A stretch of 63,278 nucleotides of DNA, the filler included, from Aduncisulcus paluster (Eukaryota), in NCBI GenBank assembly GCA_024181965.1. It is 4 parts of 4 records of this genome, joined end to end, with 100 filler letters (N's around TTAATTAATTAA, not from the genome) between each part and the next. Parts side by side here need not be neighbours in the genome. Positions count along the whole stretch, not along the records: positions 1 to 22,474 come from BQXS01012522.1; 3 more parts are not named here. One strand, 5' to 3'. Positions 1-11,928 of the stretch are shown piece by piece. Under the pieces are notes generated by a model. The model saw nothing but the letters and a program-made list of their open reading frames with translations, searched no databases and was not told where the DNA came from. A program made the translations under genes and the position numbers. Numbering within the stretch: position 1 is the first letter of the stretch; the number at the start of each line of letters is the position of its first letter.

Positions 1-1193
1 CCAGGTCTGAGTAAGGCTTCATCAATGAGGTCTTTCCTATTTGTCATACCAATCACAAGGATGTTGGAGAGTGCATCCACACCATCTAGCTTGGACAGGA
101 TCTGATTCACAATACTATCATGGACTCCTGTACTGTCACTCCTTGTACCTCTCTGGCGACAAATGGCATCGATCTCGTCGAATATGATAAGATGCAACTC
201 ACTGTCGTCTCCTTTCTCAGCCTGCTCTTCCTCGGCATCCTTGAAGAGCTCTCGAATATTCTCCTCGGACTGTCCTACATACTTGTTCAAAATGGAGGGA
301 CCGTTCACAACCTTAGGCTCCTTCGTGTGCAGCATCTTTCCAATCTGACGGGCAAGAAGAGTCTTACCAGTTCCTGGAGGTCCATATAAAAGCATTCCAC
401 GAACATGCTCAACTCCCATCTTCTTCACCATGTCGGGAGGGAACACACGAGAGGCAAACACACGTCTAAAAATAGTTTTAAACTCATCAGAAAGACCACC
501 GATGCCAAGATCCTCAATGGAGAAGTTGGGGTCGAATAAGGTAGCCTGGTGACCAGTGGCCATGGCTGAACCTTTGAGTTTGATTGAAGAACCTTCTTTT
601 TTCTTCAGATGAATGATTGTAGTGTTCGATATTTGACCATTAACTATCATTGAATAGTAATCTTCTTTTACATCCTCTTCTTCTTCTTCTTCTTCGTCTT
701 TTCGGGTCTGAATGACATCAGAAGAACCTTTCATGGAAGTATCAGCACTAATTACACTCTCTAAATGTGTTAATGAGGTTGGTTGAAGGATTAATCGAGT
801 TCCATTGAATTCGATTGGAATGCGTTGACTAATTGATATAATATGCTTATCCATGGTTTCTTTGATATGGAGAATTAGTCCATCTGCATCAATTTCACAG
901 TCTCTTGTCTTGGAGGAGAAGGGAGAGACAGTTATTGAGACCACAGACAACATACTCGACATAGCAGGATCATATGGTTTCACATCGAGCTCTTGATCAA
1001 AAACGGCCCTAAGCATATTACGTTGTTCAACATTGAGACCTATAAAACCTGGTTTTACCCTCTTTGAGACAGAAGCGACAAATACGAATCCGTCGATCAC
1101 TACATATTCAGAAAATAGGTCTGAATCTGAAATATATACACTATTAAGGAAGGCTAAGCTTGAAGACGGGCATTTAGCCACTTTGAGAATCAT
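1..1193 (-). CDS. NSF: Vesicle-fusing ATPase NSF/Sec18 (3' end beyond window start)
   Basis: Not in the ORF track; translated by hand. MILKVAKCPSSSLAFLN N-domain, LGIGGLSDEFKTIFRRVFASRVFPP, Walker A LLYGPPGTGKT, VNGPSILNKYVGQSEENIRELF, Walker B IIFDEIDAIC, IGMTNRKDLIDEALLRPG. An alternative in-frame ATG lies at 1232. Confidence 0.96.
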   Translation of the reverse strand, partial: MILKVAKCPSSSLAFLNSVYISDSDLFSEYVVIDGFVFVASVSKRVKPGFIGLNVEQRNMLRAVFDQELDVKPYDPAMSSMLSVVSITVSPFSSKTRDCEIDADGLILHIKETMDKHIISISQRIPIEFNGTRLILQPTSLTHLESVISADTSMKGSSDVIQTRKDEEEEEEEDVKEDYYSMIVNGQISNTTIIHLKKKEGSSIKLKGSAMATGHQATLFDPNFSIEDLGIGGLSDEFKTIFRRVFASRVFPPDMVKKMGVEHVRGMLLYGPPGTGKTLLARQIGKMLHTKEPKVVNGPSILNKYVGQSEENIRELFKDAEEEQAEKGDDSELHLIIFDEIDAICRQRGTRSDSTGVHDSIVNQILSKLDGVDALSNILVIGMTNRKDLIDEALLRP

Positions 1194-1370
1194 AGTGTTG
1201 TACAAAAGCAAAGAAAATTCATGATTGAACATAGCAAAGTTTTAGGAGTTATATTGTGAAAAAAGGATGGCAAAATGTAAAAATATATTTACATTATAAA
1301 ATATTTTACGTCCGGAATCATAATTTATTTGATAATCTGCACCTGCAGGCAAAAAAAAAATCTTTCATAT

Positions 1371-3182
1371 TCATTTCCCCTTCTTTCTTCCTCCTTTCTT
1401 TCCACGTTTCCCTCTCTTTTTAGTCTTTTCCTCTTCTTCAGAAGACTCAGATTCATCATCTTCATCCTTTAAATCATCATCAAGATCCCTTCCATCATCT
1501 CCCATCTTTTCACTCACAATACAACAAGATACAACAGATTTGTTTGGCCCATCTTCCACATCCTCATCTTCTCCTAGCCCACGTGAAGAAGAAGAAGAAC
1601 TATCTTTTCTACCAGACATAAACTCAACAACGAATCTTTCCTTTTTATCAGCAATACCTTCCCATATTTTCTTATCGCATTGACTCAAGGCGTTAAATAC
1701 ACATAAGGTACCATGGAATCCAGAAACACACACAACACCACACATTTCATCGCTCCAGGAAGCTCCAAGAACACGACCACATTCATGCATTTCACGGGTG
1801 TATAATAAATTCAATTGGTGTGACACAGAAGCTGCATCGCCATACTTGCTATCCTTAGGAACTATAGCCCATATCTTAACACTCTTATCCTCTGAGGCAG
1901 TCATTAGAATGTTTGGACATTGAGGACAAGTTGACACGGAGGTCACAGATGTCGAGTGAGCTCTTGGGAAACGAATACAGACTTCATCACTGCCTCCTGA
2001 TGTGTCTGTTGTTGACATTAACCAAGCATACACTCCTCCTTGATCGTCTCCAGCCAGAACAAGCTCTTTATCCTTGATGCCACTCTCAGTACTGCTAATG
2101 CACTCACAATCACTCTCCATTGTTCCAATTACTCTCTCTTTACCTTCATTGAAGTCACACACACCAATAGTGTTGCCACAGCCGTAAAATACACTCATTC
2201 CAGACTGTTTGTCCCAGCATATCGAATGGACACCACGAGAGATTGTGAGATCAATATCTTCTTCCTCTTCGTCCCTGCCTTTCGTCTTGGATGATGTTTT
2301 GCTGCTATCCGTAGTAACTTTATCTGAACAAGGAGACGGAATAACAGTGGCGACGCATTTATCTTCTTCTTTTTCAGCCGTTATATCCCATAGTTTTATA
2401 GAACAATCGGCACTACAGCTACACAAGAAATGAGGGAACTTCTTGTTCCATTCAATGCATGTTACAGTGTCGGTATGGGAATTGGCCTCATGGGATGGCA
2501 AAGAGGCCTTGAATTTGCTGATTTTTTTACGAATTCTTTGAAGTTTCTTTTTGTGTTGGGCTTTTTCCTCGGTGGTATAATCCTTTGTCGAGACTCCAAG
2601 TAATCCAGCTTCTTTCATTAGTCTCTCCCACTCTTCTTTTCCTACGGTCTCTTTATCAGTGAATCCACCGAGGGTCATCAGAGGACATATTTCATCCATT
2701 ACACTAAGATCCCAGATCTCAATGGATCCTCCTTTGCCGAATGTAGACACTCCGCATAGATTTTCTCCAAGAGATTTGTGAGATATCCAGGTAATAGCAG
2801 TGGGGAGGTGAGCTAATGGAAGATCGTGGTGGAGGAATGTATGGTGAGAAGTATGATCATATACCATATATGTAATATACGCACTTTGAGAATCAGACAC
2901 TCTAAGAGCACATATAGCGGTATCTGACTCTGGATTAAGAAGGAACTCGGGTTCTTCTTCTTCTGGTCCAACTGAAAGGTAAGGATCCAACTCAGGATCA
3001 GTCACAAGTCCGGTGGAGTGAAGAAGAATTGGATCGTCCTGGGATTCCGACTCTTCTTCGGGTCTTTCAGTAACTCGCCTGGAGGGATCGATAAAAGCCC
3101 TATCTCTTTGGCGGAGAGCTTGGATCAGGGCCTTTTTTGGCACCCATTTTGCACAAAAGATGAAATTACTGGACGCCTCCAT
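1371..3182 (-). CDS. PWP1: WD40 protein, periodic tryptophan protein 1-like (ribosome biogenesis)
   Basis: N-terminal WVPK, HHDLPLAHLPTAITW (PWP1-type HHD motif), IEIWDL, SHTDTV..WN..LCSCSADCSIKLWD, AHSTSVTSV..ASEDKSVKIW, acidic/basic tail. First ATG at 3182. Confidence 0.75.
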   Translation of the reverse strand: MEASSNFIFCAKWVPKKALIQALRQRDRAFIDPSRRVTERPEEESESQDDPILLHSTGLVTDPELDPYLSVGPEEEEPEFLLNPESDTAICALRVSDSQSAYITYMVYDHTSHHTFLHHDLPLAHLPTAITWISHKSLGENLCGVSTFGKGGSIEIWDLSVMDEICPLMTLGGFTDKETVGKEEWERLMKEAGLLGVSTKDYTTEEKAQHKKKLQRIRKKISKFKASLPSHEANSHTDTVTCIEWNKKFPHFLCSCSADCSIKLWDITAEKEEDKCVATVIPSPCSDKVTTDSSKTSSKTKGRDEEEEDIDLTISRGVHSICWDKQSGMSVFYGCGNTIGVCDFNEGKERVIGTMESDCECISSTESGIKDKELVLAGDDQGGVYAWLMSTTDTSGGSDEVCIRFPRAHSTSVTSVSTCPQCPNILMTASEDKSVKIWAIVPKDSKYGDAASVSHQLNLLYTREMHECGRVLGASWSDEMCGVVCVSGFHGTLCVFNALSQCDKKIWEGIADKKERFVVEFMSGRKDSSSSSSRGLGEDEDVEDGPNKSVVSCCIVSEKMGDDGRDLDDDLKDEDDESESSEEEEKTKKRGKRGKKGGRKKGK

Positions 3183-3478
3183 CAAAAACGTATGATTTTG
3201 CCAAAATCATTTTAAGTCAAATAAAAAATATTTTAATCTTCTGATATATTCTAATTTTTCAATTTTTATTTTAAACACTCGTTTATTAATGGTGATAGTT
3301 GCCCCTATCATCCAATGCTGAAGGACAAACCCAAATTATTGAATACTGGAGAATAAGAAATAAATTTACAATCAAAATGGGTGAATATCATTATTTTTAA
3401 AAGATTTATCACGTGTTATAACAAAGTATCATCCTTGAAAATTGTTGATTGTTTTTAATTCGATTTTCTGTGTTTTGC

Positions 3479-5314
3479 ATGAGTGTTGGTATTGATCTCG
3501 GAACAACAAATTCCTGTATCGCCTCCTTTCTGGGCGGGGAGCCTATTGTACTCCCCTCATTAGAAGGAGGTCGTACCACCCCTTCCATCGTACTCTCCGG
3601 GGGGTTAGTTGGCCTGCCCGCCAAAAGACAAGCCATTCTAAACCCTCAAGAGACTTTTTACAGTTCAAAGCGTTTGATTGGAAGAAGATATAAAGATATT
3701 GTTAAAGAAGCTTCAACTTTGTCATATCCAGTTGTTGAAGGTAAGAATGGGGATGCTTGGATCCATTCAGCTGAGTTAGATCGTGATTTATCTCCAAGCG
3801 AAGTTGGAGGAATGATTCTCCGTAAGTTAAAGGAATCTGCTGAATCATATCTTGGTAAACCCGTTACAGATGCTGTAATCACTGTTCCTGCATATTTCAA
3901 TGATGCTCAACGCCAGGCTACCAAAGATGCTGGTGCTATTGCTGGCTTAAATGTTAAAAGAATTATTAATGAACCCACTGCTGCCTGTCTTGCTTATGGC
4001 TTTGGAAAAGAAGAGGATATGGAAACGAAACGCATTGCTGTTTTTGATTTGGGTGGTGGTACCTTCGATATCTCCATTCTTGAAGTCACTGGTGGTGTTT
4101 TTGCTGTTCTTGCTACAAATGGTGATACTTTCCTTGGTGGAGATGACTTTGACCAAGCTATTGTTAAACATTTACTCTCCATGTTCGAAGAGCACGAAGG
4201 TATTGATCTCTCAAATGATGTCGTTGCTCTCCAACGACTCAAGGAAGCTGCCGAGGCTGCTAAGATCGAGTTGTCTTCCACCTCCTCAACTGATATAAAT
4301 CTTCCTTTCCTCGCCATGGGTGGCAATCCTCCCCAACCTAAACATTTAACGACCACTCTGACTCGTAAGGATCTGGAATCTATCGTATCAACTGAAATCA
4401 AGAGAACTGAGGGACCTTGTAAGGCCTGTCTCCGTGATGCTGGTTTGACAGAGGCCGACGTGGATGAAGTTGTTCTCGTTGGTGGGATGACAAGGATGCC
4501 AGCTGTCCAGGAGCTTGTTAAGAAGATATTTAAGAAGGAACCCAGTCGTGGAGTCAATCCCGATGAAGTCGTTGCTCTTGGTGCTGCCATCCAAGGAGGA
4601 GTGCTTAGCGGAGATGTTGACAAGGTTCTTCTCTTGGACGTGACTCCTCTATCCTTGGGAATTGAGACTCTTGGAGGTGTGTTCACTCGTCTAATTCCTC
4701 GTAATACAACCATCCCTGTGAAGAGAACTCAAACATTCAGCACTGCCGTTGACAATCAAACCAAAGTCAATATCAAGGTTCTCCAAGGAGACCGTGACAT
4801 TGCCACGCATAACCAGCTTCTGGGGGAGTTTCAGCTCGTTGGCATTCCAGCTGCCCCTCGTGGTGTTCCACAGATTGATGTTACGTTTGACATTGATGCT
4901 GATGGTATTGTTAATGTGAGTGCCAGAGATCAGGCAACTGGAATTGAGCAACAGATCTCTGTCGAGGGTGCTGGAGGATTGAGTGAAGAGGAGGTAATGA
5001 AACTTATCAAGGAGGCTGAAGCCAACAAGGAACAAGATATGGTTGAAAGGAAGAGAATAGAAGTTGTGAACAATCTTGAACAGATCATTGAAAGTTGTCA
5101 GACAACAATTGCCGTTTGCAAAGATGAAAAGGGTGCAATTCTAAAGAAAAAAATCAACCAAAAGCTGTTGAAAGAGCTCGAAGATAAGGTTGCCACTGCG
5201 ATTATTATGAAAGATAACAAGGAATCGACACCTAAGCTTCTCCAAGAAGTCGGTGATGGACTTAACAAAATATTGCTTAAAGTGGGGAAAAGTCTTCATG
5301 GGGCAAAGAAATAA
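3479..5314 (+). CDS. mtHsp70: Mitochondrial-type Hsp70 (DnaK-like), probably for a mitochondrion-related organelle
   Basis: [28 protein letters not shown] and [10 protein letters not shown] motifs. GDAWI and SPSEVG match the mitochondrial/proteobacterial signatures (GDAWV, YSPSQI). No EEVD or KDEL end. First ATG at 3479. Confidence 0.92.
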   Translation: MSVGIDLGTTNSCIASFLGGEPIVLPSLEGGRTTPSIVLSGGLVGLPAKRQAILNPQETFYSSKRLIGRRYKDIVKEASTLSYPVVEGKNGDAWIHSAELDRDLSPSEVGGMILRKLKESAESYLGKPVTDAVITVPAYFNDAQRQATKDAGAIAGLNVKRIINEPTAACLAYGFGKEEDMETKRIAVFDLGGGTFDISILEVTGGVFAVLATNGDTFLGGDDFDQAIVKHLLSMFEEHEGIDLSNDVVALQRLKEAAEAAKIELSSTSSTDINLPFLAMGGNPPQPKHLTTTLTRKDLESIVSTEIKRTEGPCKACLRDAGLTEADVDEVVLVGGMTRMPAVQELVKKIFKKEPSRGVNPDEVVALGAAIQGGVLSGDVDKVLLLDVTPLSLGIETLGGVFTRLIPRNTTIPVKRTQTFSTAVDNQTKVNIKVLQGDRDIATHNQLLGEFQLVGIPAAPRGVPQIDVTFDIDADGIVNVSARDQATGIEQQISVEGAGGLSEEEVMKLIKEAEANKEQDMVERKRIEVVNNLEQIIESCQTTIAVCKDEKGAILKKKINQKLLKELEDKVATAIIMKDNKESTPKLLQEVGDGLNKILLKVGKSLHGAKK

Positions 5315-5397
5315 CCATGAAACAACGAATTAATTGGTGTCTTTAATCATATAAATAAATAATTGATATATCTCATCTGAGGGTCATGAAATATACA

Positions 5398-5726
5398 ATT
5401 ATTTCATGGATTTAATTAAAAAGCATCTATTTACATCCCAATAAATCCCCCCAATGTATGAAATTATACACTATACACGCCATTCCGGCATTCATTTTCC
5501 TATCTCTGGATGTCAACAATATTATCGAATATAGATGTTTTTTAGTTCACAGATTTATACATTTATATCACTCTCATGACATGGACTTCCTTGGTTATAT
5601 TGTCAATATCGATATAATTGGAGTTTGAAACGAATTGTCCATTTTCTCCGAGTTAAGAACAATACCCATTTTTTTGAGGGGAAATTTTTATTTGTAAATT
5701 GCTGTGCAATATTATAAAATGCTTCC
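5398..5726 (+). repeat. Duplicated upstream/promoter block, copy 1 (others at 16791-17125 and 17669-17797)
   Basis: 5425-5608 is near-identical to 16818-17001. 5603-5726 is near-identical to 17669-17792. All copies end in ATTATAAAATGC. Confidence 0.92.
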
Positions 5727-8700
5727 AATCGATTCAAAAAATAATTTAACAACTTCTAGGGGTTCTGACAACCTTCCTGCAAGGGATGATGGGAGAGAAG
5801 ATGAAAAGTTAATGGATCCGACAGCAAATGTTGCAAATTATAGTTCTTCCGTCACTGTATGTTGCATTTCTCTGTTTTGTTTTTGGTTTCGAATTCCATC
5901 TGTTCCATGAGTTCTTACATTCCATAATGACTAAATCGTCATCATTTCATGTTTTATAGATTAAAACTGACACTATCGATGTTCAACCAATTTCTCGAGA
6001 CCGCAGTAGTCATTTTATTATTCCAATTCCTCGAGATCAACCTACTGTCATTTTTACTGAATTCAAAGGCATTAAATTCGACCATACCAATATTGTGAGA
6101 CGCAAATTTCCAAAACCAGCGTCCATGAAAGGTGCATATATTTTGCTATCGGAGAATTTCCATTCTCAGCTTATTTCCTTCAAATTCACTTCAGGGAAAG
6201 AAACGACAAAGAAATACAAATTTCCTGAATTTAAACATCATCATTGGTTCTATCTTCCGATCGATCTCGTCGATATTGATAGATTTGAGATGCTTGTAGA
6301 AAGCTCTAGACTCATGGATGTTAAAATCCCCTCGCTTGCTTTCATTCGGGAAGAAACTCTCAAAGAATCAACCGCTCGTAAATCTATTGAGCGAATATGG
6401 TCTAAAGCTACTCCTGTGGTGCCACAGTTTAAGAATGAAGGAAGTAGATATTCTGTTCCAATTTCTCGGGATACTCCATCTGTATTTAATCCTGCATTTG
6501 ACAAGGTGATTGGGAGGGATTTTTCATATTCTAAAGAATTAGAGAAATATTATAAGAGTGAAGGTGCAAAAATAATGTTTAAACGGGATTCTAGTGTTGT
6601 TTTATCTCGTCTTTCCAGCCCTTTCCAAGCACCTTGTTCCATAAAAGGTGCTTATATCTGCGTGAATAAGTATGATAGTTCACCTCAACTTCTCTTTACC
6701 TTTTCTCTGTCTGATGGTATAAAGATATTCAAGTTTGAATTCACTCCACCCAAACTTAAACCTAGACATAGTTATGAATGGCACTTCCTTCCTATTGATT
6801 TATCAAATGTTAAATCCTGTGAGATTGATGGAAAAGGTACTTGGAAAGCGAAGAAAAGTCGGGTATTTAAAATCAAATCTCTCGTTTTCATTCGAGAAGA
6901 AACCCCTGAGGAACGTACTGCTCGTGAAGTGCATGAACATCTCTGGACAGAAGCTGTATGTTTTTAGATATATTTTTAATTTTCTAACGAAACGATTCTT
7001 TGTTCACCCTAATTTTATATGATTATTATTATACTATCAAATTTTCTTTATTTTTTTCGGTAATTACCATTGTAACAAATTTAAGACAATTTTTAAACCA
7101 AAATTCATGAATCCAGGAAAGGCTGGTTTTATTCCTATTCCTCGTGATGATCCAACAATTATAATTCCTTCATTTGAATTGGTAAAGGGAAAAAATGATT
7201 CAATGAATTTAGAATCTGAGGAATATGATCAGAGTTCAGAAGCACAAAAAATGTTAAAGGGGGAAGGAAAAGTTTCCTTATCCCATCTTTCCATCCCTTT
7301 TACATCACCAAGTCCTATGAAAGGTGCTTATATTTGTGTGGATAAGAATTATAGTTCGCCTCAGCTTCTCTTCACGTTCACTGTTGATTCTGATGATAAG
7401 ACCATATCCAAGAAGTATGAATTCACAAGACCAAAAAATGAATATGAATGGCATTTCCTTTCAATTGATTTGGATAATGTCGTTTTGTGTGAGATTGAAG
7501 GGAAAGGAACATGGAAAATGAAATTTGATCGATGTTTTTGTATCCACTCTCTTGTGTTCCTCAAAAGACACATATACACAAAAGAAGTTACTTTTGTTCA
7601 TGAAGGAAGTAATTCTTCCATTCCAACGCCTAGAGATGCTCCAACTTGTGTCCCCAAAAGAGAAATATGTCACACAGAAGATATTTCGTATGTTCATGAA
7701 GGAGTCTATACTTTTGTTCATGAAGGAGGCTATTCATCTATTCCAATCCCTAGAGATGCTCAAACCATTATAAGTCCTGCTTTTGACAGGATTGTGGCGA
7801 GTAATGAAAAATATAGAGAAAGTTGTTCACATGATCGGAGTAGTGATGTCCAAAAAGTGATTAAGGGAGGGTATTGCAGAAATAATTTCACTCATATCTC
7901 CATTCCTTTCACTCATTCTACTTCCATAAAAGGTATTTATATTTGTTTACCAAATTCTAGCACTTCAAAATTTCCAGAACATCTCAACTTTACTTTCACC
8001 TCTTTTACAGGGAATTTCCAGTCCTTTAAGTTTGAATTTATTCCTTCAACAGCAAATAGATGGTATTTTCTTTCAATAGATCTCTTTGATGTTACTCTGT
8101 GTGAGATTGAAGGAGAATCTAAACAGGAAGGAGAGGAAAGTTTTGAATTTTCTATTGAATCTCTTGCTTTTGTTCGAGAAGAAACTCCTGAAGAAACCCT
8201 AAATCGGCAGAGAACTGAAAATCAACTGTCAAATATGTGGTTTGACGCTGTATGTTTGATATTTATTGTACTTTTACCTATCTATCTATTTTATCTTTTT
8301 TATTTCTTTATGTTTTATTGTTTTTTCATGTTCATTTCCAATTTGTTTAATTTTTTTAGACACCCATAATACCTGAATTTAAAGGAGAAGGAGGACCTAG
8401 ATCTTCTCCTCCAATTCCATTTGATGATCTACTTGTTATCAATCCTTCATTTGAATTGGTAAAGGGAAAGAATGATTCAATGAGTAAGGAATCTGAGAAA
8501 TATGATATGAGTTCCGAAGCACAGAAAATGCTAATAGGGGAAGATGATGGTGTCATCTTATCCCATCTTTCCATACCTTTTCCAGCACTAAGTCCTATGA
8601 AAGGTGCTTATATCTGTGTGGAAGAAGATTCCAGTTCACCCTCTCTTCTCTTCTCTTTCACTCTTTCTAATGGTGAGAAGATACCCAAGAAGTATGAATT

Positions 8701-11700
8701 CACACAACCCAAACATGACTATGAATGGCACTTCCTTCGTATTGATTTACCAAATGTTGTTTTATGTGAGGTTCGAGGGAAAGGAATGTGGGGAGAGAAA
8801 AACAGTCGTCCTTTTCAAATCAAATCCCTTATTTTCATTACAGGTGATGATATTCCTCCTCTCCCATCCGATTCTTCCAAACTTATCAAACATGACTCCT
8901 TCACTCTCACTTCCTCTGCAACCATCACTCCTCAGTGCGTCATTGGTCATGGTGGATTTGCTGAAGTTCTTCTTGTCAAGGTTGAAGGTATTCCCATTCC
9001 TTGTGTTCTGAAGAAGATGCTTCGTAAAACAGATGAAAAGGTTATGAAAGATTGTCAAAGGGAGTTTAAGGTGCAAAGAAAGTTATTTAATAACTCCAAA
9101 TGTTTCAATCGTATCCCTCGTCCTTTGTATATTCTTGATCTTCTTGATGCAGATTTACAGGGAATTTATGGATTCCTTATGGAGTTTTGTATTGGAGGTA
9201 GTGTGAGTTCATTTGCCAAGAAATGGTGTGTTGTTGATAAGTCTGAAAGTCAACTTCAAGGAGATGGAAAAGAAGGAGAGGAAGAAGAATGCTCATCTTC
9301 AGAAGAAGATAGTGATGATCACAAATATTTTGATCCAATGACATTAAACCCTGTGAAAGTGAGTGCCTTATGTGTTGGAATGATTGAATGCCTCGATGAT
9401 GTGTTCACTGCCAAACTAAAGCTTATTCACCGAGATATTAAACCTGACAACTTCCTTGTTCGTGTTGATTCCAAAGATGGAGAATGCACCGTGGTTCTCT
9501 CTGATCTTGGATTGGCACAGATCTTAGATTCCATATCATCTTCATCAACAACCAAATCAGGTTTGATTCAGCCTATTCATCTTGATACGAAAAAGGAAAC
9601 TCAAAATCAAACCCCATGCAAATGTGGAACTCTTGTGTACAACTCTTATGAAACCCTTTTAGCTGGCACTCAAACTCAGAAGAGTGATGGATATTCTCTT
9701 GGAATGTCGATTCTCGCTTTATTCATATGTGAACATCCTTTTGTTTCTTTGCCCATATTCAACGATATCTTTCGTAATGAAGGACGCTTGGGAGATGGAG
9801 CCATTAAATTTGAAATAATGAAAACGCTAATACGATTGATGGAAAATAACATGTGTCCATCTCTTCTCCGATCTCCTTTATTTAAATCATTATTAACCCT
9901 TGAAGGAGGTAAATTCCAACCTGTTCATGAATGTTTGAATGAAGTATTCACTGGACTCACCCAACTCGATGTTGACAAACGTATGAGTGTGCATAAAGCT
10001 CGTGAGAAGGTGCAAAGCATCAAACATTTACTGCCAGAGATTGGAGAAGGGTTTGAATGTCCATCTGTTGATGATATTATCAGGGAACAAAAACAGAAAC
10101 ATTTTGGATATTCTGGATCTATTATTGGTGGTCCAATGAGTTTTTCAAAAATGCAAGATAGTTCAAGATATCCTTCAGAAACACAGAGTTCAACTCGGCA
10201 GAGTTGTATTGATGGGTTACGATATCTCACCGAGAAAAATACTCGAGATATTCCTTCTTGTTTACAGGTTCCTGAGTATGATAGACGTTGTATACAATCT
10301 TCGTTTCTTCCATCTTCTAACCCGTTTCATGGTGTGTATTCGAAAGATTATGATGAGAGTGAGAAAAGTGAAAGAGATGAAGATAAGGAACAAGAAACTC
10401 GAGTCGTGCTTTCACCTCAAAGTACAGTTGAATTTCATCGGGAAGAAATTCAAAGTTCACAAGCTTCCAGTTCAACGACCCAATCTTTAATCCAGCGAAA
10501 GAAAAATATCTCTAATGTTATCAAACATGACTCCTTCACTCTCACTTCCTCTGCAACCATCACTCATCTGGATGTCATTGGTCATGGTGGATTTGGTGAA
10601 GTTCTTCTTGTCAAGGTTGAAGGTATTCCCATTCCCTGTGTTCTGAAGAAGATGCTTCGGAAAGGTGATGAAAAAGTTGTTATGTATTGTCGAGAAGAGT
10701 TTGAGATGCAACAAAAGTTGTTTAAAAAATGTTTCGAACATATTCCTCGTCCTTTGTATATTCTTGATCTTCTTGATGGAGATATGAAAGGTGTTTTTGG
10801 ATTTGTCATGGAATATTGTGCTGGAGGTAATGTGAAAGATTTTCTAAATAATTGGTGTTATCAAGCTGAATATTCATGTATTGTCAGAGAATCAAGCCTT
10901 AAAGTCACTGAATCGGGTGGTGAAGTTGTTATTTATGGTCAAGAAGATGGAGAGAATGGGGATGATGGTAATGAAGGGTCTCAGAAAAAAGAAACATCCG
11001 ATAATCCTCAAGAAGGTGATGAAAAATCAGATGAAGACCAATCAAAGTCTTCATCGAGGCAGTCATCGACAGAGGATGTCGAGATGACCTTAGAAATAGC
11101 TATTAGGATATGTGCAATGTGTGTTGCAATTTTAGAATGTTTCAATGAAATTCTCAAAGCAAATCCAAACTATTTTCATGGAAATGTCAGCCCTACAAAC
11201 TTCCTTGTTCGTGTCGATCCCACCTTAAATACTTGCACAGTTGTCCTTGATGCTAGTACTTCTCGGATCCAAATGGCAGTTCGTTCAGAATACCTTGCTG
11301 GACAATTCCCATTGTGGATCAGTATATCTTTGATTTCCTGTTGTTCAAATCTGCTGAATTCTTTGATGGGGTTGACGATCAAAAATGTGATTCTTTCTCA
11401 CTTGGGCTCACTTTATTCTCCCTTTTCTTTCTATGCAGTCCATTCGTTCATATGCAATATATTCAATGCTTTGACAATATTGAATCATTTTATAAGGAAT
11501 TAGACAAGAAACGTCGTAGTCTTTCACTTTTCCAATCGCCTGTTTATCAGAAACTCAATACAAGCGGAGATAAATACAAGCCACTTCTAACATATTTTGG
11601 AGAAATCATAAATGGGCTTATCTGTCCTAATCCTGCAGAACGTATGAGCGTGCACGAAGCGTGTGAGAGAGTTCAATCAATTAAAGAATTAAAATTACTT

Positions 11701-11928
11701 CCACCTCTTGGGGAAGGCCTTAAATTTGATATAATACAGGAGTCAACCACTGGTGGAGTGTCAGATAGATTCCTTCTTGGAGATGAAGATAGTGATCTAA
11801 GTTCATCCAGTTCGGATGAAGATATTCGCCCTGAGCGTTATTTGGCGAGGATTTATCGAGAATTGAAAGAAATGAGAGTGTATAAACCTGGCAAGGAAGA
11901 AGAAGAATATGAAGAGGAAGAGGACTAG
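5719..11928 (+). CDS. Family member A: 5 PITH-like repeats + Ser/Thr kinase + pseudokinase; frame break near the 3' end
   Basis: Exons 5719-5856, 5960-6955, 7086-8249 and 8360-on are joined in frame by GTATGT..AG introns (5857-5959, 6956-7085, 8250-8359). Kinase 1 has GHGGFAEV, VLKK, HRDIKPDN, DLG. Kinase 2 has GHGGFGEV but HGNVSPTN. The C-lobe continues in another frame from ~11257-11314 to 11928. Confidence 0.85.

Noticed and set aside
7590..7760. FVHEG stutter in member A
   Set aside because: Small in-frame partial duplications of the repeat start; no independent meaning evident.
8250..8369. Apparent TM helix at the end of ORF 7107-8369 (and of 36270-36794)
   Set aside because: Translation of T-rich introns; it disappears on splicing.
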